Translations under genes and position numbers: made by a program
The notes under the pieces: generated by a model
What the model was told of the DNA's origin: nothing
Seen by the model: the letters and a program-made list of their open reading frames with translations, nothing else
Databases searched by the model: none
Shown here: positions 6,290 to 10,757 of the stretch, in pieces
Layout of the letters: each line of letters opens with the position of its first letter
Position numbering within the stretch: the first letter of the stretch is position 1
Source: Candidatus Iainarchaeum sp.
GTDB taxonomy: Archaea; Iainarchaeota; Iainarchaeia; Iainarchaeales; CSSED10-239
Assembly: GCA_028693335.1 (NCBI GenBank)
Contig: JAQUVR010000018.1
Location: 1 to 10,757 of the forward strand
Direction: 5' to 3'
DNA length: 10,757 nucleotides

Positions 6290-8674
6290 ATGATAGACTA
6301 TAAATGGACAAAAGAATTAGAAATTGAAATAATAAATGAATTTGTTGAAAAAGAGACATTTAAATTTAAAGAAAATGAAGCACCAATTTTTAGCATAGAC
6401 ACCCCACCACCATATGTAAACAGACCAATACATATTGGACAATCAGCAACTTATGCAATTATGGATATGATTGCAAGATATAAAAGAATGAAGGGATTTA
6501 ATGTAATATTCCCTCTTGGACTTGATAGAAATGGGTTGCCAATAGAAATGGAAGCAGAAAAAAAATATAACATTTCTATATTAGATACAGATAGGAAAAC
6601 ATACATAGACTATTGTGAAAAATTATTGTCCGAAATGTCAGATCAAACCAGAAAAACATTTAAGATGCTGGGAATTTCTTTTAATGAATGGGATGAATGC
6701 GATTGTATTGGTGGATTATATAAAACAGATTCTGAAAAATATCGTGCACTAACTCAAAGAACATTTATAGACCTATATAAAAAAGGATTAATATACCTAG
6801 ATGAAAAAGTTACCAATTATTGTCCTGGTTGTAAAACAACTATTGCAGATTCAGAAATTGATTATAAAATTACAGAATCTTTGTTTAACACAGTATTATT
6901 TACAGTAAAAGAAACTGGTGAAAAAATACCAGTAGCAACAACAAGACCAGAATTAATTTGTAGTCTTGGAATGATTGTTTATAATCCAGAGGATGAAAGA
7001 TATACTCATTTAGATGGAAAAACAGCAATATCTCCAATATTTAATAAAGAAGTTTTAATAAAGCCACATCCAATTGCAAAACTAGACAAAGGAACTGGGC
7101 TTGTTATGATGTGTTCTGCAGGAGATTATTCAGATATTAGATTTTTTATAGAACAAGGAATAAAACCAATAATGTCAATAGACATCTCTGGAAAAATGAA
7201 CGAAAATGCTGGTTTTTTAGAAGGACTAACAGTTAAAGAAGCCAGAAAAAAAATGATAGAGACTTTAAAAGAAAATAATCTAATAACAGAACAAAAACCA
7301 ATACAACACAAAGTTCCAATCTGTGAAAGATCTAAAGATGAAATAGAATTTGTTTCTTTAAAAGAATTCTATTTAAAACAATTAGACCAAGTTCCTAAAA
7401 TAAGAGAACTAGCAGATCAAATTAATTTTTCTTTTCCTGCAACAAAAAAAATCTTTTTAGACTGGTTAGAAGTAATATCTATTGATTGGCCAATATCTAG
7501 AAGAAGATTTTATGCTACAGAAATACCTTTGTGGTATTGTAAGAATTGTAATGAAATAATAATTGGAAAAGAAGGCATCTATCAAAAACCATGGTGTGAA
7601 AATCCACCAATAGATAAATGTCCAAAATGCGGGGAATCTGAATTTATTGGAGAAACTAGAGTTTTAGATACTTGGTTTGATTCTTCAAACACTCCATTAT
7701 ATTTGCATAAATATGGAACCGATTTTTTTGAAAGACATCCTATCTGCTCATTAAGACCACAAGGAAAAGAAATAGTAAGAACCTGGTTATATTATACTGT
7801 TTTAAAAGCATATTTATTGACTGGAAAAAGAATATTCGATGATGTCTATATCCATCAACACATACTTGATGAAAAAGGAAATAAAATGTCCAAATCTATG
7901 GGTAACAGCATAGATCCACAAGAAATAATAAAAGAATTTGGTGCAGAAGCTTTTCGTTTATGGACTGCTTATGAAGGAAATCTAGATCAAAAAGATTTTA
8001 AATGTTCAAAAGAAAGAATAGGCGCAGAACAGAAAACATTAAACAAATTATGGAACGTAGCAAGGTTTATTGGACAATTTGAACTAAACAAAACCATTAC
8101 TCCAAAATATAATGAATTAGATCTACTAGTAAGAAAAGAAATAAATGACATAATAGCATACAGCGATCAATCGTACAACAAATATGATTTCCATAATCCA
8201 TTAGTAAAGATCAAATATTTTTTAACAAATACATTTTCATCACATTATCTTGAATTAGTAAAAAGTAGATGCTACAATCAAGACAACCTTTTTAGTAAAG
8301 AAGAACAAATGGGTGCAATTGACACATTATACTATTGTTTAAATAAAATGTTATATTTACTATACCCAATAGCTCCATTCATTACAAAAAGAATACTAAG
8401 AGAAATGTATGCGTTAGATCTAGATTTAGAAAAATTTCCTGAAATTGAAAAATATGAAAGCAAATTGTCTTTAGAAGATATTGAAACCATAAATAATGCA
8501 ATTTGGAAGGAAAAAAAAGAAAAAAAAGTATCTCTTAAAGAAAAAGTTAATATTATAAAGGTAACAACCAAATATAAATATATAGAAACCGATTTGATAA
8601 AAACACATAATATAGAAAAAATCGAATATTGCGAAAATGAAACCATAGAGGTAATAATAGATGTTAAGTTATAG
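6290..8674 (+). CDS. valS: Valyl-tRNA synthetase, archaeal type (class I aaRS)
   Basis: 794 aa. Motifs found: IDTPPPYVNRPIHIGQ (HIGH-motif position), GLDRNGLPIE, and the editing-domain blocks ATTRPELI...NPEDERY and KGTGLVMMCSAGD. Also present are DWPISRRRFYATEIPLWYC, LRPQGKEIVRTWLYYT and KMSKS (7883..7897). The Cys pairs CPGC and CKNC...CPKC resemble zinc knuckles. TTRPE plus RPQG-x-x-I-x-RTW favour ValRS over LeuRS or IleRS, as does the size. Confidence 0.85.
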   Translation: MIDYKWTKELEIEIINEFVEKETFKFKENEAPIFSIDTPPPYVNRPIHIGQSATYAIMDMIARYKRMKGFNVIFPLGLDRNGLPIEMEAEKKYNISILDTDRKTYIDYCEKLLSEMSDQTRKTFKMLGISFNEWDECDCIGGLYKTDSEKYRALTQRTFIDLYKKGLIYLDEKVTNYCPGCKTTIADSEIDYKITESLFNTVLFTVKETGEKIPVATTRPELICSLGMIVYNPEDERYTHLDGKTAISPIFNKEVLIKPHPIAKLDKGTGLVMMCSAGDYSDIRFFIEQGIKPIMSIDISGKMNENAGFLEGLTVKEARKKMIETLKENNLITEQKPIQHKVPICERSKDEIEFVSLKEFYLKQLDQVPKIRELADQINFSFPATKKIFLDWLEVISIDWPISRRRFYATEIPLWYCKNCNEIIIGKEGIYQKPWCENPPIDKCPKCGESEFIGETRVLDTWFDSSNTPLYLHKYGTDFFERHPICSLRPQGKEIVRTWLYYTVLKAYLLTGKRIFDDVYIHQHILDEKGNKMSKSMGNSIDPQEIIKEFGAEAFRLWTAYEGNLDQKDFKCSKERIGAEQKTLNKLWNVARFIGQFELNKTITPKYNELDLLVRKEINDIIAYSDQSYNKYDFHNPLVKIKYFLTNTFSSHYLELVKSRCYNQDNLFSKEEQMGAIDTLYYCLNKMLYLLYPIAPFITKRILREMYALDLDLEKFPEIEKYESKLSLEDIETINNAIWKEKKEKKVSLKEKVNIIKVTTKYKYIETDLIKTHNIEKIEYCENETIEVIIDVKL
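8648..8652 (+). promoter_or_regulatory. Shine-Dalgarno-like GAGGT for the 165-aa ORF, embedded in the valS 3' end
   Basis: The sequence reads catagaGGTaataatagATG, so GAGGT lies 8 nt upstream of ATG 8661. Confidence 0.4.
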
Positions 8675-9158
8675 AAAAAGACCACTTTCAATAATCGGTA
8701 TTTTTGTATTTGTATTAATACTTGTATTAATATTATTTCTTTTCTATAATTTATCAGATCAAAGAGCAATAAAAAAAATAGAACAAATTAATGCAGAATT
8801 TGGTGTTTCTAATAATAATCTATTGCCTATTGATAGAACCGGATATGTTATTGAACTGAATAAAGTTGAATCTATGTACGCATACCCAATACAAAGATTT
8901 GTTTTATTGTATGATGATGCAGAAAAATTAGATAGACTTTATAATCAAATATATTCATTAAATCAACCATGTATTACCGAAAAAGGATTAGACTCTGTTG
9001 AAAACTATTTATCTCTTAGAGAAGCATATCAAAATTTGTTTAAACAACAATATGATTCAAAATTAGATAAAATTTATTGGGAAAGATATATGTTAATTTT
9101 AGATAATAGTTCTCTAAATTTAATACTTGATAATTTAAAAGAATTACCACGCTGTTAA
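8661..9158 (+). CDS. Hypothetical protein with N-terminal transmembrane anchor; overlaps the valS 3' end by 14 nt
   Basis: 165-aa ORF. The TM segment is LSIIGIFVFVLILVLILFLFY (about aa 9-29), followed by a ~135-aa mixed polar domain ending in Cys. GAGGT at 8648..8652 lies 8 nt upstream of the ATG, inside valS. I recognise no family. Confidence 0.6.
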   Translation: MLSYRKRPLSIIGIFVFVLILVLILFLFYNLSDQRAIKKIEQINAEFGVSNNNLLPIDRTGYVIELNKVESMYAYPIQRFVLLYDDAEKLDRLYNQIYSLNQPCITEKGLDSVENYLSLREAYQNLFKQQYDSKLDKIYWERYMLILDNSSLNLILDNLKELPRC

Positions 9159-9186
9159 AACTATTTTTATTAAACAATGAAAATAA

Positions 9187-9765
9187 ATGACTTTAAAAAA
9201 AATTAACTCTGGTGCAGAAGCAGAAATATACTCTATTTTAGCTTTTGAAAAAAAACTAATTGTTAAAAAAAGAATTTCAAAAAAATATAGAAATCCAACA
9301 CTAGATAAAAAAATAATAAAAACAAGAAATAAGCAAGAAGCAAACCTTTTACAAAAAGTAAAGCGTGCAGGAATATTAACACCAACAATTTATTATGTTG
9401 GTAAAGACAAAATTATTCAAGAATTTATAGAAGACACAAAAAACTATAAACCAAATCTTAAAAAAATTGGAAAAGAAATTGCTAAACTTCATGAAATTAA
9501 TGTTGTTCATGGAGATCTTAATCTAATAAATATCATAATAAATAAAAAAAATCAGATCTATTTCATAGATTTTGGATTAGGCGCTATATCAAACAAAATT
9601 GAAGATAAAGCAACAGATTTATTAGTATTTAAAAAAACACTTTTATCAAAAAAGGAAACCAAAAACTATTGGCCAGAAATAATTAAAGGATATCAAAACT
9701 TTTCAAAAAATAGCCAAATTATTGAAAAGATTGAGATAATTGAAAAAAGAGCAAGATATCTTTAA
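9187..9765 (+). CDS. bud32: Bud32/PRPK-type atypical kinase, KEOPS subunit (t6A pathway), stand-alone form
   Basis: 192 aa. It has the glycine-rich-loop equivalent NSGAEAEIY, then VKKRISKKYRNPTLDKKIIKTRNKQEANLL (the Bud32 R..K.YR...LD...R...EA pattern). The catalytic loop is HGDLNLINIII, and IDFGLG is present. Confidence 0.85.
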   Translation: MTLKKINSGAEAEIYSILAFEKKLIVKKRISKKYRNPTLDKKIIKTRNKQEANLLQKVKRAGILTPTIYYVGKDKIIQEFIEDTKNYKPNLKKIGKEIAKLHEINVVHGDLNLINIIINKKNQIYFIDFGLGAISNKIEDKATDLLVFKKTLLSKKETKNYWPEIIKGYQNFSKNSQIIEKIEIIEKRARYL

Positions 9766-9835
9766 TTTCTAAATAAACACAATTTATAAATAAATCGCAC
9801 CAAAATAATATATAGTATAGTACTTATTTTATAAG

Positions 9836-9861
9836 ACCAGAAATCCCCAGATTTTGGTTTT
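9836..9861 (+). terminator. Imperfect hairpin followed by a short T-run between bud32 and rps15
   Basis: ACCAGAA-ATCCCCAGA-TTTTGGT forms 7 pairs including one G-T, followed by TTT. Confidence 0.3.
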
Positions 9862-9909
9862 ATCAGTTTATACGCCTTTCGCAAAAAAAAAGACAAATGT
9901 GATAAATAA

Positions 9910-10320
9910 ATGGCAAAATTAGATAATAAAGAAATAAATGATATATCAAAAGAAGAAATATATCAAATAATAGATGACCTTACAAAAAAAGGTAAAAGTA
10001 CAACAGAAATTGGACTTTATTTAAAAGAAAAACATGCAATAAAAAGTGTTTTACAAAAAACAGGTAAAAAAATTTCTAAAATTCAAAAAGAACAAAACCT
10101 TAAAGAAGGAAAATTGCCTGATGAATTATTGTTTTTAATTAAAAAAGCAGTCAAACTAATAAAGCACAATGAAAATAACAAAAAAGATACTAGTGGTAAA
10201 AGAGGAAAACAAAAAACAGTATCAAAAATAAATAGATTAAGAAAATATTATATAAAAACAGGAAAAATAGACTCAAATTGGAGATATTCTGATTCAGAGG
10301 CAAAACTATTAGTAAAGTAA
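9910..10320 (+). CDS. rps15: 30S ribosomal protein uS15 (archaeal S15P / eukaryotic S13e type)
   Basis: 136 aa. An archaeal-type N-terminal extension (EEIYQIIDDLTKKGKSTTEIGLYLKEKHAIKSV) precedes the S15 core: LPDELLFLIKKAVKLIKHNENNKKDTSGKRGKQKTVSKINRLRKYY. Confidence 0.85.
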   Translation: MAKLDNKEINDISKEEIYQIIDDLTKKGKSTTEIGLYLKEKHAIKSVLQKTGKKISKIQKEQNLKEGKLPDELLFLIKKAVKLIKHNENNKKDTSGKRGKQKTVSKINRLRKYYIKTGKIDSNWRYSDSEAKLLVK

Positions 10321-10325
10321 AGGTG
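10321..10325 (+). promoter_or_regulatory. Shine-Dalgarno-like AGGTG for rps3ae
   Basis: AGGTGtaaaaaatATG. The motif sits in the 13-nt gap between rps15 and rps3ae, which implies co-transcription. Confidence 0.5.
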
Positions 10326-10333
10326 TAAAAAAT

Positions 10334-10757
10334 ATGGCAAATAAAAAAGGAAGTACAGATACTTGGAAAAAAAAGAAATGGTTTGAAATTTTTGCAGATA
10401 AGACCTTTGATGAAAAACTAATTGGTGAAACTGTCGCAGTTGCTAGCAAAAGCTTAGTAGACAGAAAAATTAAGAAAACCTTAAATGAATTAACTGGAAA
10501 CATAAGAGATTCATATTATGAAATAACATTTAAGATCACAAAAGTTACAGCAACAAAAGCAGATACAGAACTTTATTGCTTTGAAGCTAAACAAGGTTAT
10601 CTTAGAAGATTAATTAGAAAACAAAAATCAAAGATTGAACCAGTGTTTTACGCAACAACAAAAGATGGGCACAAATTAAAAGTAAAACTTTTGTTTATAA
10701 GTGGAACAAAATATTCAACACCATTAAGAACAGAAGCAAGAAAAACAATAATTAATG
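10334..10757 (+). CDS. rps3ae: 30S ribosomal protein eS1 (S3Ae); N-terminal ~141 codons, continues past the right edge
   Basis: Translated by hand from ATG 10334: MANKKGSTDTWKKKKWFEIFADKTFDEKLIGETVAVASKSLVDRKIKKTLNELTGNIRDSYYEITFKITKVTATKADTELYCFEAKQGYLRRLIRKQKSKIEPVFYATTKDGHKLKVKLLF... The blocks KKKW(F/Y)-x-I-x-A, GET-x-A and TTKDG-x-KL(K/R)VK are characteristic of archaeal S3Ae. AGGTG lies 8 nt upstream. Confidence 0.85.
   Translation, partial: MANKKGSTDTWKKKKWFEIFADKTFDEKLIGETVAVASKSLVDRKIKKTLNELTGNIRDSYYEITFKITKVTATKADTELYCFEAKQGYLRRLIRKQKSKIEPVFYATTKDGHKLKVKLLFISGTKYSTPLRTEARKTIIN

Noticed and set aside
8511-8527. A8-G-A8 homopolymer pair in valS as a possible slippage or frameshift site
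   Set aside because: It simply encodes KEKKEKK in frame in the non-conserved C-terminal tail, and the ORF continues normally. Long A runs are ubiquitous in this window.
8332-8769. 145-aa minus-strand ORF spanning the valS end and the start of the 165-aa ORF
   Set aside because: It is antisense to two co-oriented ORFs, one of them a confident ValRS. It has a hydrophobic, low-complexity shadow composition.
1-10757. Search by eye for CRISPR repeats, IS or transposase/integrase genes, tRNA/rRNA genes, long direct or inverted repeats, defence or toxin-antitoxin modules, and stop-codon recoding
   Set aside because: None was found. There are no regularly spaced repeats and no GC-rich structured-RNA islands. 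All long ORFs read through with the standard code. The only repeats are the 15-nt tandem and short palindromes listed above.

Overview
This is a very AT-rich, tightly packed chromosomal segment. About 93% of bases lie inside 13 called CDSs, giving only 774 nt of intergenic DNA by my coordinate arithmetic. Gene content is archaeal: NAC with a UBA tail, ribosomal proteins eS1/S3Ae and archaeal-type uS15, the KEOPS kinase Bud32, an archaeal-type ValRS and SepF. The extreme AT bias, short proteins and overlapping genes fit a small-genome archaeon such as a DPANN-like lineage, but the lineage cannot be fixed from this window. The recognisable genes centre on the translation apparatus. They include four tRNA-modification enzymes (MnmA-like fragment, ThiI, Dus, Bud32), ValRS, NAC and two ribosomal proteins, plus the division protein SepF. 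I found no rRNA, tRNA, CRISPR array, transposase, integrase or long repeat, and no recognisable defence, toxin or secretion system. Any undescribed biology is most likely in four orphan ORFs. (1) A tail-anchored, internally duplicated 241-aa protein lies 18 nt downstream of sepF. (2) A 165-aa membrane-anchored protein is wedged between valS and bud32 and overlaps valS. (3) A 419-aa acidic, N-anchored, sequon-rich putative surface protein. (4) A 209-aa lysine-rich coiled-coil protein. Also notable are the ATGA-coupled thiI-mnmA pair, with a bacterial-type MnmA in an archaeal context, and a recurring AATGTGA-N7-start motif. All functional ideas for the orphans are inference and need database and structure searches that I cannot run.
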